Part shown: in pieces, positions 38,289-48,023 of the stretch | Numbering within the stretch: the stretch's first letter is position 1 | Layout of the letters: each line of letters opens with the position of its first letter | IMG/VR virus record: IMGVR_UViG_3300044641_005618 | DNA length: 64,000 nt | Origin: a virus | Taxonomy: Duplodnaviria > Caudoviricetes | Reading direction: 5' to 3' (one strand) | Translations under genes and position numbers: made by a program | The notes under the pieces: generated by a model | Told to the model about the DNA's origin: nothing | Databases searched by the model: none | Seen by the model: only the letters and a program-made list of their open reading frames with translations

Positions 38289-38900
38289 TCACATCAGTTT
38301 GTCCCTGCCCATTGACATTTTGTAAGGTTTGCTGCCATGCCTTGTATCTCCCCCATCTAAGCGTATACTATTTCCGGACCGTGTCGCCGACCAATGGGTG
38401 CCACTTTCGTCCTCAAATTTGAACCTTTCCCCCTCCTTTAACTTTCCAAGGGCAGTTTGGTGCTCGGGGTGTAGAACAGCCTTGAACTCAGACCCCTTAC
38501 TGACCACTACCCTGTCACCCTGCTTTCTTACGGAAGTATCCGGACCTTTGGCTGCGAGTCTTTTGAGAGTGGCTTGGGCAGCCATGTCTCTTTCTACCTT
38601 GGTTCGCCTGGCGGGAGAAGTCGCCTTTACCGGTTTGGCTTCTTCAGTTCCTTTTCTGCACTGCCCCGCTGTTCCGTACGCTTCACCGGACGGTTTCACG
38701 CAGCGAGTGAATTCGTACGAATCAAGTAAAGTGTTCACAGCTTCTTCAATGAATGGGTATTTGTTCCCGTAATTTTCAGAGAAGGACAAACCTTCGGATG
38801 CTAACGCATCCGCTTCATTGCGGAGTTCTAAAGCTTCGCCTAAGTTACCTTTCAGTGCTTCTGAGAGGGCTTCGAGGTAACAGTGGTCGAGTTTGTTCAT
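38289..38900 (-). CDS. Hypothetical protein with duplicated leader and EFTRC module
   Basis: Leader identical to 30359..30943, then EFTRCVKPSGEAYGTAGQCRKG and a different C-terminus. Start may extend to 38936. Confidence 0.75.
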   Translation of the reverse strand: MNKLDHCYLEALSEALKGNLGEALELRNEADALASEGLSFSENYGNKYPFIEEAVNTLLDSYEFTRCVKPSGEAYGTAGQCRKGTEEAKPVKATSPARRTKVERDMAAQATLKRLAAKGPDTSVRKQGDRVVVSKGSEFKAVLHPEHQTALGKLKEGERFKFEDESGTHWSATRSGNSIRLDGGDTRHGSKPYKMSMGRDKLM

Positions 38901-38901
38901 G
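38731..38901. repeat. 171-bp exact repeat, copy 2
   Basis: Identical to 30774..30944. Confidence 0.95.
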
Positions 38902-38978
38902 TCTGATGTTGTGAAAATTTCAGGGAGTGTTTTCACCCCTATCTTTTATTTTACCCTTTGCGGACCTGGTCTAGGTAG

Positions 38979-39389
38979 TCAACGCAGCAGGAAGTCTTTC
39001 GGGTCGTTTGACACGGGAGAGAGATTCTCGGACACCCAAAACGAGTAGATATCCTTGTGAGCTCGCACCGAGTACCCTTGGGCGGGGGAGTAGAGACAAT
39101 TTATAAGGAATTGAAAGGCCAGTCGAAGGGGCCACTCGTCTCTCCAGTTGACTTCCCAATTGTCTATCGTGAGCAACTTACCGCTCACTGTGTAGTCTAC
39201 TCGGGATGCTATGCTCCCTCCCCTTAAACCTGGTGAGGGGTAATCGAAAGTTTGAGCAACGGACTCGTAGGGCTCCCCATCATACTTTCCTAGGACATAC
39301 CGCAGCTCACTTGCCCCGTCCTGAAAGTACAAGAAGTCCTGAAAGATAAATTCCCCTTGGCGATAGACCGATGGGCGACGTACTGCCAT
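38979..39389 (-). CDS. Hypothetical protein (136 aa)
   Basis: Coupled ORF in the structural operon. Confidence 0.65.
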   Translation of the reverse strand: MAVRRPSVYRQGEFIFQDFLYFQDGASELRYVLGKYDGEPYESVAQTFDYPSPGLRGGSIASRVDYTVSGKLLTIDNWEVNWRDEWPLRLAFQFLINCLYSPAQGYSVRAHKDIYSFWVSENLSPVSNDPKDFLLR

Positions 39390-39760
39390 TAGACTCTCAC
39401 CAGTGCGTGGAAAGTTCCGTTCCTAGCGACAATAACCCGGTCTCGGTACTCTTTTCCGTCCACAATGAGCCGATCCGTGTTGGTTATTGCTTCGACTCTC
39501 AGGTCCTGTTCGCAAGTCACCGGCTCAAGAAAAGTTGTGGGCACCGCAACAAAGAATCTTTTCTGGCTCAAAAAACTCTTTCCAATCGAAAAGGAAACGT
39601 GCGCATTCACGGAGTTAGCAGCGTAAATTGAGTCGTATACACAGAGGTTCTCAACTACTCCGAGAGATTTGTAGAACACTGGTGCCAATGGGTTTGTAGC
39701 ACTCTGGCCGAACCCCGGAGAGTTGACAAAGCCTGGGTCGTAATCCTCGGTGAACGTCAT
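39389..39760 (-). CDS. Hypothetical structural protein (123 aa), possibly head-closure-like
   Basis: Small beta-rich ORF (TDRLIVDGKEYR) in neck/baseplate context. Confidence 0.45.
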   Translation of the reverse strand: MTFTEDYDPGFVNSPGFGQSATNPLAPVFYKSLGVVENLCVYDSIYAANSVNAHVSFSIGKSFLSQKRFFVAVPTTFLEPVTCEQDLRVEAITNTDRLIVDGKEYRDRVIVARNGTFHALVRV

Positions 39761-40953
39761 TTGAAGGGGTTGGGTAAGGAAGGTAGCTTAGAGAAAACAG
39801 TTTTTATTGTTGCCGCAGGGTTCTGAAGCGTCGAGATGACAAACTTGGTGGCACCCGGAACATAGGAAGGCAGCGACTTCTCTGCCGCATTTTTCACAAA
39901 GTCGGTGGGGTCTGCTATGACTTTTCTAAGAACTTCTGAGAAGTTTAGAACTTTTTGTGCTTGCTGAATCGCTGTCTTCGTAAAATTCGACCCTGGGACA
40001 CTCTCGACTGCGGCGAGAATGTCAGGGTTGTAGGTGGTTATGAACGACCCGGTAATATTATCGATAAACCCAGAATTTCGTGCAAAGCTAAGGGCAGTGT
40101 CTTGGCTGAACAAAGGCCCTTCCACAAACTTGAAAGCTTGTATCGTGCTCATCGGGGGCGGTGCCCACGCTGCAGCAGACCCCCAAGGATTACCGGCAGG
40201 GGCAGTAGAGTACCCGGTTCGCCCCTCTTTTTTCATTTCCTGATGACTTGTAACAAAAACGTGGTCGTATGTTGCAGCCATTTGTCCAGGGCTGAGACGA
40301 TTTCCAGCAGAGTCAACCTGCGATGTAACATCGTTTCCGCCTGCGTGCCCGTGCGCCAAATCTGCGTGCCTTACCCATATGTACTGTCCGTCTCTCTTCA
40401 GACAAATACACACCCAATCTGAGTTCATTGGACCATTTTCTTCAACAACAGTGCAGCCGTGGTTCTCCTTGCACGCCGGGGGCAGACCGCCAGCTTCGTA
40501 TATCGGCAGCCGAGTCATTGTGCTGTTGCTCGGAATCTGTAGAGCTTGCTGAGAGCCGTCGGTCAAATTCTGAGGGTCGTACAGCACGTCTTGCAAAACT
40601 GCATAGTGGTACTCCCCGTTGCTCAAAGAAATATTCACTCTCTTTCCTTCGAGTGTCTTCGGCTGCTTTCCCTTAAATGCTGGGGAAACATCAAGCCAGT
40701 GTGACAAGTTGCTCGACTCTCCTGGCCTTGGTAAAGAAAATTCCCCTGCACCTTCGACTGACGGAATATCCTGAGGGTTCATGGCGTCGAACAGCACCTT
40801 GACTCTTCCCAAGTCTTCAGGGTCCTCAACACTAATTATCGTTCCACGAACAGTTCCCCTGGGTGACCCGGCGTACCTCGCGTTGGCTTCGATGGCTTTC
40901 GCCATCTCGACCTGTTGTCGAATCCATGGAATGTTTCTCAGGCTTTGGGCCAT
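39757..40953 (-). CDS. Baseplate hub / spike protein (gp5/VgrG OB-fold N-terminus)
   Basis: RGTIISVEDPEDLGRVKVLF...SHWL motif. Confidence 0.75.
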   Translation of the reverse strand: MAQSLRNIPWIRQQVEMAKAIEANARYAGSPRGTVRGTIISVEDPEDLGRVKVLFDAMNPQDIPSVEGAGEFSLPRPGESSNLSHWLDVSPAFKGKQPKTLEGKRVNISLSNGEYHYAVLQDVLYDPQNLTDGSQQALQIPSNSTMTRLPIYEAGGLPPACKENHGCTVVEENGPMNSDWVCICLKRDGQYIWVRHADLAHGHAGGNDVTSQVDSAGNRLSPGQMAATYDHVFVTSHQEMKKEGRTGYSTAPAGNPWGSAAAWAPPPMSTIQAFKFVEGPLFSQDTALSFARNSGFIDNITGSFITTYNPDILAAVESVPGSNFTKTAIQQAQKVLNFSEVLRKVIADPTDFVKNAAEKSLPSYVPGATKFVISTLQNPAATIKTVFSKLPSLPNPFK

Positions 40954-40956
40954 AGT

Positions 40957-41250
40957 TTACCGTATCTTGAGGGAAAACTTCGGAGTGTTTTTTGACGGTA
41001 GTCGCTTAGCGAGTGCGGGTGGTCGTAGTGCCGCCTCCGCTTCTTTCACAGGGGGCACCTCAGAGCTTGCCTCAGGGTGAGGTTCCTGGCTAACTCCCTC
41101 CTCCCCGGAGACCCCAATCGGGTCGGTCTCACCGACTAGGCCAGTTGGCCCCGTCACCTCTTCAACAATTGGGTCAGATGAGGTTGTGTCTTCTGTGTGG
41201 GGCAGGGTCAGTTTTTCTGTGTCGGGAGTACTTTTTCTTCGTGTGGTCAT
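40957..41250 (-). CDS. Low-complexity hypothetical protein (97 aa)
   Basis: GGGTAAA at 41273-41279; contains a degenerate collagen fragment. Confidence 0.6.
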   Translation of the reverse strand: MTTRRKSTPDTEKLTLPHTEDTTSSDPIVEEVTGPTGLVGETDPIGVSGEEGVSQEPHPEASSEVPPVKEAEAALRPPALAKRLPSKNTPKFSLKIR

Positions 41251-41280
41251 TTCAGTGAGGTAGCTAAGAGTTTTTACCCG

Positions 41281-43353
41281 TCAAGTCTCAAAGTCGAAAA
41301 CGCCTTCTTCTGACGCAGACAGATCGGCTGCAAATAGTGAGTACCCCACTTTGTAGTGGTTCGCGTCGACAGTTGACGAGGCACCCCCATCTTTGCAGAC
41401 TGACGGATACTTATAAATGCTCGCGTCCCACAATGGTGCTGGAACGACTTCGAGTGTTTCTTCCTTAAGGTCGTTGACAAGAAAGCCACGTAAATTCTCG
41501 GAAGAAGACGAGCGTAAGTACTCCCCGTCCCAGTCACCGTAAGTACTCCCCGGCAAGGAAGTGTTTGCTGTGCGACTGTGAAGAAGGTCGTAGCTCACAA
41601 GCTCGGCCTCGTCAAAGTCATCGTAGGGAGTGTCAAAACCAGGGGCAATATCCGAATTGTCGTAGTCGTCCGACGTCCCTTGACCGTACAAAATATCTGA
41701 GAAAAGGTAAGGTTCTGAGTACAAAAACGGAAGCAACCCCCTCTCACCACCGTACAAAACTACTTGTTCGTACACGAGCGGCTCCGACTGTTCCGGGGGG
41801 CACGACATTTTCTCGGGGTTGGGGGAAGAACCCCAGTACCCGAAATTCTGACAGATTAGGTTTACTTTCTGCCAGGTTTTTTCGTCTCTCCCGTACGCAG
41901 GGGGGAGGCGCACAAAGTACCGCTCCCAGTTCGGGTCACTAGGTCCGTGGTTTGTGTCGGCCCGAAGAGAGTTAGGGCTCCGAAGAAGCTCAAGTTCGCT
42001 CGGAGAGCCAATTACCTGCAAAGCTTCACTTTTCCATGGCCTTAAGAGAGTTCCGCTATCTGCCACATTGGGGGACATGTAGTGAGTGCGGCCACTGAGT
42101 ACGAGGTCGGATATTTTGCAGTTGAAGTTGGATGCTAGGGAGTCAGAAATGCTTATTACAGGCTCACCCACAGACCCAGTGTAAGTCAAAGGTGTATAAA
42201 CAAAGCGGAAAGTTTGAGATGGGGTGTCAATTTCGTACAGAAACTGAAAGTTGTCGGATACGTGAGAAACTCCTTCAAAAACTCTAGCCCCATCACAGTA
42301 AATTACAGCGGCACCAAAGTCCCCAAAGTCTGGAATTGGCCCCCCGCTCTCACTTTCTATATACGCCAAGACATCGTAAAAACTTACGTTCTTGTCGACA
42401 TCGCTCGTATGGACTGAAAACCTTTCGTCAAACCCATGGAGTCCTAGGGCGTCAAAAACAAAGTTAAACGGTAACCGTCCGCCTTTGTTCGACCATACTC
42501 CGTAAAAGTTATCGATCTTTTCTTGAGTGACCCAGTCAGAGGGGTTTGACCAAGGTGACACCCTCACTCGCAAGGTGGAACTTTCGTACGTTAGCTCCCC
42601 TTCGAGACCGAACCCGTTAGAGGAAAGATCTGGGGGGATATCAAGGTACCAGCTCTCTCTCGAAAAGTCATAAGTCGGATTAATTGATACTAAAGAGGTG
42701 GTGAAAGTTACAGGGAGGCTGAAAAAGTACCGTGCACCCGCTACAAATGTGTTAAACTTGTAAGGTATTGTCCTCGCTGTGTTGTACTTCGGGAACAGGA
42801 CAAGGTCGGACCCCTGGACTTCGCAAAGGAAGGAAGCGTCAGCGGTCGAGCCAGGCTCGGGGCGAAAGAATGGGCTGGGCAGATCGCCAGGAGCTATCAC
42901 CTTAAGCTGCTTATTTTCCGAGAGATCAGTGAAGAACTGCTCTCCCAAACCTTCGAAGGTTAAGACATAATTGGACCCATCTTGAGAAACTCCTTTCAGC
43001 AAGTATGAGTAGTCCCCCAAGTAAAAGGTCTGGCCCGTCTGTATTCGTGGGTCTGCCTTTATAATTACTGTGCCGTCCCAGTTGCGAACTTCGACAACTT
43101 CTGGGTGAATGTACCCGTCGTACACACCGAAGGATCCCGTCAAAAGATTTCGCTTTTGGGAGACTGTCGAGGCTAGGTTGGACCAGTATTCAGGACCGCT
43201 CCAGCCCAAAAGCTGGGCGAGCCAGTCAAGCTGGTCGTTTACACGGCTCTCGGTTAGAGCCACTGAGTTAAGTTGCTCGGCAGTTAGGTAGAGGTTTGTG
43301 GTACCGTAGTCCTCAAAGTCACTAACACTGAACGTGGGGTCAAGGTCTGGCAT
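41281..43353 (-). CDS. Baseplate-associated structural protein (690 aa)
   Basis: Long ORF in the baseplate operon; function inferred from context. Confidence 0.55.
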   Translation of the reverse strand: MPDLDPTFSVSDFEDYGTTNLYLTAEQLNSVALTESRVNDQLDWLAQLLGWSGPEYWSNLASTVSQKRNLLTGSFGVYDGYIHPEVVEVRNWDGTVIIKADPRIQTGQTFYLGDYSYLLKGVSQDGSNYVLTFEGLGEQFFTDLSENKQLKVIAPGDLPSPFFRPEPGSTADASFLCEVQGSDLVLFPKYNTARTIPYKFNTFVAGARYFFSLPVTFTTSLVSINPTYDFSRESWYLDIPPDLSSNGFGLEGELTYESSTLRVRVSPWSNPSDWVTQEKIDNFYGVWSNKGGRLPFNFVFDALGLHGFDERFSVHTSDVDKNVSFYDVLAYIESESGGPIPDFGDFGAAVIYCDGARVFEGVSHVSDNFQFLYEIDTPSQTFRFVYTPLTYTGSVGEPVISISDSLASNFNCKISDLVLSGRTHYMSPNVADSGTLLRPWKSEALQVIGSPSELELLRSPNSLRADTNHGPSDPNWERYFVRLPPAYGRDEKTWQKVNLICQNFGYWGSSPNPEKMSCPPEQSEPLVYEQVVLYGGERGLLPFLYSEPYLFSDILYGQGTSDDYDNSDIAPGFDTPYDDFDEAELVSYDLLHSRTANTSLPGSTYGDWDGEYLRSSSSENLRGFLVNDLKEETLEVVPAPLWDASIYKYPSVCKDGGASSTVDANHYKVGYSLFAADLSASEEGVFDFET

Positions 43354-43354
43354 G

Positions 43355-44626
43355 TCACTCCTCCACTTCTACAAGATTGTTTTTCAAAGTGGCATATTCG
43401 TGTCTCATGCAGTTTTGCGGGCTCATCCACAAAGACGAGTACCCGTTCACCTGCGAGAACAGGTTAATGAGGTTTGTATCCAAGGCACGGGTAAGCCAAT
43501 CAGCCAGAGGCTGGTGGTCTGTGTGAACCACCTCTCTCAGATCTGTGATCTTTTCGATTTGGTAAGTCCCGTCAATACTCACGTAGGCCAGTTTGCATAG
43601 AGTGGCCGGTACTTCTTTTCCTGCGCTGTTCGTGACTGTCTTTGGTACGTTGTTTTCGGGGTAAGCAGCTAGGTTAATGACAGAGGTTGCTACTGCGGGC
43701 TTTCTAAGTAAAGACAGGGTACCACTCACAAGGACCCGATTGATTGCCACTTTGGTGTCTGTCCATGTTACTTTCCACCCACGGTTGTACGAGGGTTCCG
43801 GGATTGAAAATTTGAAGTACTGCCCGTTAGCGTCGGACGCAACGTCGGACGCACCCTGTAAGACCCAAACCGGGTTTGAGCAATAGAGGTCGTCGTTTTC
43901 GGGAGGGCTGGACGACACATAAAGCGACGCTGAGCCTGTTACAGAGGAGCCATCGGGGCACCGTAGTTCAACTTCGGTGTAAGCGGCGGGGTGCGGGCTT
44001 TGCCACGACAGGTAGGCTTGCCCCGTGTAAGACGGAAACACACCGTCGAAGTTTCTCCACTCTTGAGACTCAAGGTCCGTGAAAGCGAAAGCGGGGTTGT
44101 ATCTCCACCCTGGCACAGCATCTGTGCTACTTTCCACTCTTATGTCGTATCCAGATAAGGAAAATTTATTGACAGAGTACTCAGCGACAAAGGGTGAGTC
44201 GTCGTAGTAAAGTTGGTAGGCCAGCAGGTACTTTGTGCTTATCATTCCCATTTCTTCCAAGCTTATAATCACAGGGTCAACCGTTAAGCTCCCATACTTC
44301 CAAACCACAACTCCGGACTGAACTGTCAAGAATTTGTTTTCTCCGGAAGACTGAACCTGAAGTGACCCGGTCCCTGAGCGACCGCCCCCCACGGGAATGT
44401 AAGTATAGGCGAATTCGTCATCGAGTCCAAAGTCCAATTTGTAGAGTTGTGAGGCCGACGGCAAACGTGCGTAGATGGGCCTCCCGTTTTCAACCCACTC
44501 AGTTGGGTGAGGGTTGAGCTTAAGCGCATCCACGTATTGGGAGGAAAGATTCACTCCTTGCTCGAAAGTAGAAGATGTTTCAATTTGCGCAGTCCCCCCG
44601 TTCAATGCGACCAGATTCTGACTCAT
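43355..44626 (-). CDS. Baseplate-associated structural protein (423 aa)
   Basis: Coupled to baseplate J; central beta-sandwich-like segment. Confidence 0.55.
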   Translation of the reverse strand: MSQNLVALNGGTAQIETSSTFEQGVNLSSQYVDALKLNPHPTEWVENGRPIYARLPSASQLYKLDFGLDDEFAYTYIPVGGGRSGTGSLQVQSSGENKFLTVQSGVVVWKYGSLTVDPVIISLEEMGMISTKYLLAYQLYYDDSPFVAEYSVNKFSLSGYDIRVESSTDAVPGWRYNPAFAFTDLESQEWRNFDGVFPSYTGQAYLSWQSPHPAAYTEVELRCPDGSSVTGSASLYVSSSPPENDDLYCSNPVWVLQGASDVASDANGQYFKFSIPEPSYNRGWKVTWTDTKVAINRVLVSGTLSLLRKPAVATSVINLAAYPENNVPKTVTNSAGKEVPATLCKLAYVSIDGTYQIEKITDLREVVHTDHQPLADWLTRALDTNLINLFSQVNGYSSLWMSPQNCMRHEYATLKNNLVEVEE

Positions 44627-47448
44627 AGCGCTAACGTCCCCTCTCCGTAGTTCGGCGGGCTAAGTGCAAAAGTTGTTCCCGTGTACCAGGATAAGTCGGG
44701 AATTTGACTCAAGGTTGAGGTGTTTTCCCACACGTATGTTAAACTTGGTGACGAGCTAAAGTTCCTTCCGGAGTTCCGAGGAACAACAGTTATTTGGCAG
44801 GATCCAAGCTTAATCGAAGATGTTTCCACACCGTACTGGGACAGCACCGGCTCTTCACAGCGATAGGAAACTACGTACCGTAGTAAGTTGCCCGCGTACT
44901 CTTCGTACCTTGCAGTGTTGTCGGCGGGTAAGCCGGACCAGTTCGTTACTGTTTTCTGGGGTGTGAATGACTTCATGACTCTGTAATAGTTCCGACCGTC
45001 TTCACTCAAGATCGTGTCTTCCGTGGCGTTCAGGTATGCGGGGTTGAAGTAAGGAATGTAGTCGTCTACGGGGGGAAGGGATGGGCCGAATTCCTCAGAC
45101 TTTACGAACACGCCGTTATTCAGATATATGCTAAAGTCAAATAGGGGGGTGACTGCGGAGGTGGCGGTGTAGGATTTCACATCGGAACCTTCTCGAAAGA
45201 ACGTGCGATCACCCTGAAAAAAGGTGAACATTCTGTCAAATTTTCGCAGGAGTGTGTTGTTCGTTAGCTCGGAAGCTAATTGAGTCTGAAGTGCAGGGTT
45301 AGGGGCAAGGTTATAAACCAACCCTTCGTTAAGCAAATCTTGTATGTTGGTGCTACTCGGAGTGAAGTGCGAAGTCGCAACGTAGTACGTGGCTGGAGAA
45401 GACGAAGTTTCCTTGTACAACAGGTACTGTCCTGGCTTGAACCGAGCTTTGTACTTGTACAAAGGTAAGCCACCATTCCCGTTGAACACGATGGTCTCAG
45501 ATAGGATTCCCGAATCAACAAGATTACTAAAGTATTCCTTAACGGATAGCTGATTTGGTCTATAGGTGAAACCAGCATTTACACGGGCGTACTTCACAAT
45601 TGCGCCCTTTGTTAAGTCTACGTAGTTGTAGTGAGGGTCAACAACGGGATTGGGCCCTCCTCCTACTTGGGGAGTAGAAACCCACGTTCCTTGAGCATAG
45701 GACAACCCCGCAGTAAGCTGAGCAGGAACCACCGGCAGCCCAACTAAAAACTCTGCCTGAGCACCAGTAATATCGTTGGTGGACGGGTTGAGTGTAAAGT
45801 TTTTTGAAACTAGCCAGGCAAATCCTCCTGCACGGCTATTTAAGGGTACTGCAGAGGGACTTTGAGGAATGAAATCTCCTGATAAGTAGTCATATTCCAC
45901 AATTTCAGGGTTTATTGTACCACCAGAGGAATACGTGAAAGAGTTTCCAATTTCCCACGGTGAAAAGGTTTTCACTGCGGAGATTTTCCCGTTCAGGATG
46001 TATGAAGAAACGGCGGAAGAAGAACCGATGCTTAAGTTCTCTAGGACGATGTGCAACCCTTGCTGGGCCGGATCACCGGAGCCGTCGTGGTACACTATGT
46101 CACCAAGGGAGTAGGACCCGGAGGTTAGCGGTCTAATCTGTTTGAGCGTAAGGTTGCCGTAAACCGTCTGATCTTTCTTGTTCGAGGAGTAGGGTGTAAA
46201 GTTTGACTCTACCGGGTAGAAGGTTGGTGCGGGGCTATTGACGAGTACAAGGTTACCCTCTTCCAGCAGGTTGTCGGACGCGGAAAAGTCGTAGATATTT
46301 GTGTATACCGACGCGTTCTTATTGAGGGAGTTCGGAGTGTTGTAGGCTGTTGATACTTTTACAGAAGGGTCTTTGAACCTTGTGTTCGTGTCGAAAGTTG
46401 CGTAGAACGCTGCGTCGATGTCGCTCACAGTCGGAGTCACGTTCGCAGGAAAAACCTGCCCAGGTGTGAAGACTGAGAAGAGACGGTCTCGAAAATTGAG
46501 TGCAGACTCCTTAAAGTTTGACCCGAAAGTCCCGTTGGAGTCCACTTCAACGGTTAAGTTGTACTGAACTTGGCTTAGCGTAATGGGGAATAGGTGCCCT
46601 TGATTCTCAATCGGGACAGAGAAATTTACTGCGTTTTGGCCCAGCGACAGTTGCTGAGTTGTAAGTTCTTGACCGTTTGGCCCAAGCACGAAAAAAGACA
46701 CCTGTCCGTTGGGGCGAAGGTAGTCTTGCGTGTAATTGTATCCGTAGAAGCTGGAGCGATTCGGTTGGACAGAGGTCAAAGTGCCTACACCGTACAAATC
46801 AGTGAAGAAATCTTGCCAGTCGGTGCCACTGACGGGGTTTCTCCTACGAATTAGAGTGAAGAACCTTTCCTGAACTTCCTGAAAAGTCTCGATGTCACTT
46901 CCGCCAACGGATGGTTGAGGGTTTGTTGCAGATAAGTTGAGTGTTCCTGTGTTTGAAGTTCCGGTGATTGAGTTTGCGGGAACGTTATAGGCGGCGCCAA
47001 CAAACTTTGAGTAAACGGGGATTCTGCCGGTGAGGTCTCCAGGCGGAATCACCAGATCGGAGCTTGTAACAAACTCGTAGCTTTCTCCTGAGGTTAGCTG
47101 AGGGTTTGTAGAGAACAGGGTCCCTGCGGGAATAACAGTGGAACTCTTTGAAGGTGGTACCGAAATTACCAGCTCGGCTGTTGAGGTTGTTCCGAGCCTC
47201 CTCATTGCCCCCAAAAAGGGTCCGATCCACTCAATGAGAATTTTGTCAGGGAGCTGGTTGGCCCAGAACAAGAATTCTCCCTGCGCAAAAGCCTGCCCCT
47301 CAAGGAGGACAGCGAGGGGGTTTCCCGCACTGAAGTCGTTAAGGGTTTTGTTAGACGCTTCGTAAACGGTTTGAGCCGCTGCTTTAACCAGGTCAGCTTC
47401 ATTGCGCGGGTCAATGGAAACCGACGGTAACGGTGAATAACGTGGCAT
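44623..47448 (-). CDS. Baseplate J-like wedge protein with large insertion (941 aa)
   Basis: IDPRNE..LV, DFSAGNP...LLE, RRLG...VIPAGT, GAAYNVPANSI, GGSDIET. Confidence 0.85.
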   Translation of the reverse strand: MPRYSPLPSVSIDPRNEADLVKAAAQTVYEASNKTLNDFSAGNPLAVLLEGQAFAQGEFLFWANQLPDKILIEWIGPFLGAMRRLGTTSTAELVISVPPSKSSTVIPAGTLFSTNPQLTSGESYEFVTSSDLVIPPGDLTGRIPVYSKFVGAAYNVPANSITGTSNTGTLNLSATNPQPSVGGSDIETFQEVQERFFTLIRRRNPVSGTDWQDFFTDLYGVGTLTSVQPNRSSFYGYNYTQDYLRPNGQVSFFVLGPNGQELTTQQLSLGQNAVNFSVPIENQGHLFPITLSQVQYNLTVEVDSNGTFGSNFKESALNFRDRLFSVFTPGQVFPANVTPTVSDIDAAFYATFDTNTRFKDPSVKVSTAYNTPNSLNKNASVYTNIYDFSASDNLLEEGNLVLVNSPAPTFYPVESNFTPYSSNKKDQTVYGNLTLKQIRPLTSGSYSLGDIVYHDGSGDPAQQGLHIVLENLSIGSSSAVSSYILNGKISAVKTFSPWEIGNSFTYSSGGTINPEIVEYDYLSGDFIPQSPSAVPLNSRAGGFAWLVSKNFTLNPSTNDITGAQAEFLVGLPVVPAQLTAGLSYAQGTWVSTPQVGGGPNPVVDPHYNYVDLTKGAIVKYARVNAGFTYRPNQLSVKEYFSNLVDSGILSETIVFNGNGGLPLYKYKARFKPGQYLLYKETSSSPATYYVATSHFTPSSTNIQDLLNEGLVYNLAPNPALQTQLASELTNNTLLRKFDRMFTFFQGDRTFFREGSDVKSYTATSAVTPLFDFSIYLNNGVFVKSEEFGPSLPPVDDYIPYFNPAYLNATEDTILSEDGRNYYRVMKSFTPQKTVTNWSGLPADNTARYEEYAGNLLRYVVSYRCEEPVLSQYGVETSSIKLGSCQITVVPRNSGRNFSSSPSLTYVWENTSTLSQIPDLSWYTGTTFALSPPNYGEGTLAL

Positions 47449-47461
47449 TTAAATTCTCCGT

Positions 47462-47938
47462 TCAGTATGTACCGTTGTCCACCACAAGAGCATTCAACTG
47501 GTCGGACAATACTTTTTTCGTTACAAGGTCTGCGTCTGCTAACGCTGCAAATTTCTGGCTGGTTGAGGATGGGCTGATGCCGTTGGCGTTATTGTACTTA
47601 AGGTTGGTCAGGAAACTTCGCGGAGCTTTGTTATAGTTCTGAGTGAGTGTGGGATTTGAGGCGGGGTCAAATCCGAAGCCCCAGTACCCTGAGACAACTT
47701 TTGAACCAGAAATAGGTGTGCCAGACAGAAGTTGACCGGTGCCCGACAAAGTGGGTTGCTCAGTGGTCAGTGTAACGTAGCGGCTGTCTAAGCCTGTAGG
47801 CCCTGTCTTTTCAAGGTCGTCGAGACCCAAGGGGTCGTAGTGCCAGTCAAGGTCTTGGCCGTCAAAGACAATGTTCCTTGCACCATTTAGCCACTCACTT
47901 GTTACGACAACGCCACTTGAAAATAGAGTTTTGGCCAT
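47462..47938 (-). CDS. Hypothetical structural protein (158 aa)
   Basis: GGGTAAA at 47968-47974; heads the baseplate operon. Confidence 0.65.
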   Translation of the reverse strand: MAKTLFSSGVVVTSEWLNGARNIVFDGQDLDWHYDPLGLDDLEKTGPTGLDSRYVTLTTEQPTLSGTGQLLSGTPISGSKVVSGYWGFGFDPASNPTLTQNYNKAPRSFLTNLKYNNANGISPSSTSQKFAALADADLVTKKVLSDQLNALVVDNGTY

Positions 47939-47986
47939 TTCTTCTTAAGGTCTATTCTTACAAAGGTTTTACCCTCTTGTGGACAC

Positions 47987-48012
47987 AAAAAAGCCCCGGT
48001 TAGGGGGCTTTT
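47987..48012 (-). terminator. Rho-independent terminator after the tail tube gene
   Basis: Minus strand GAAAAGCCCC-CTAACC-GGGGCTTTTTT. Confidence 0.8.
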
Positions 48013-48023
48013 CGAGTTGTGAA

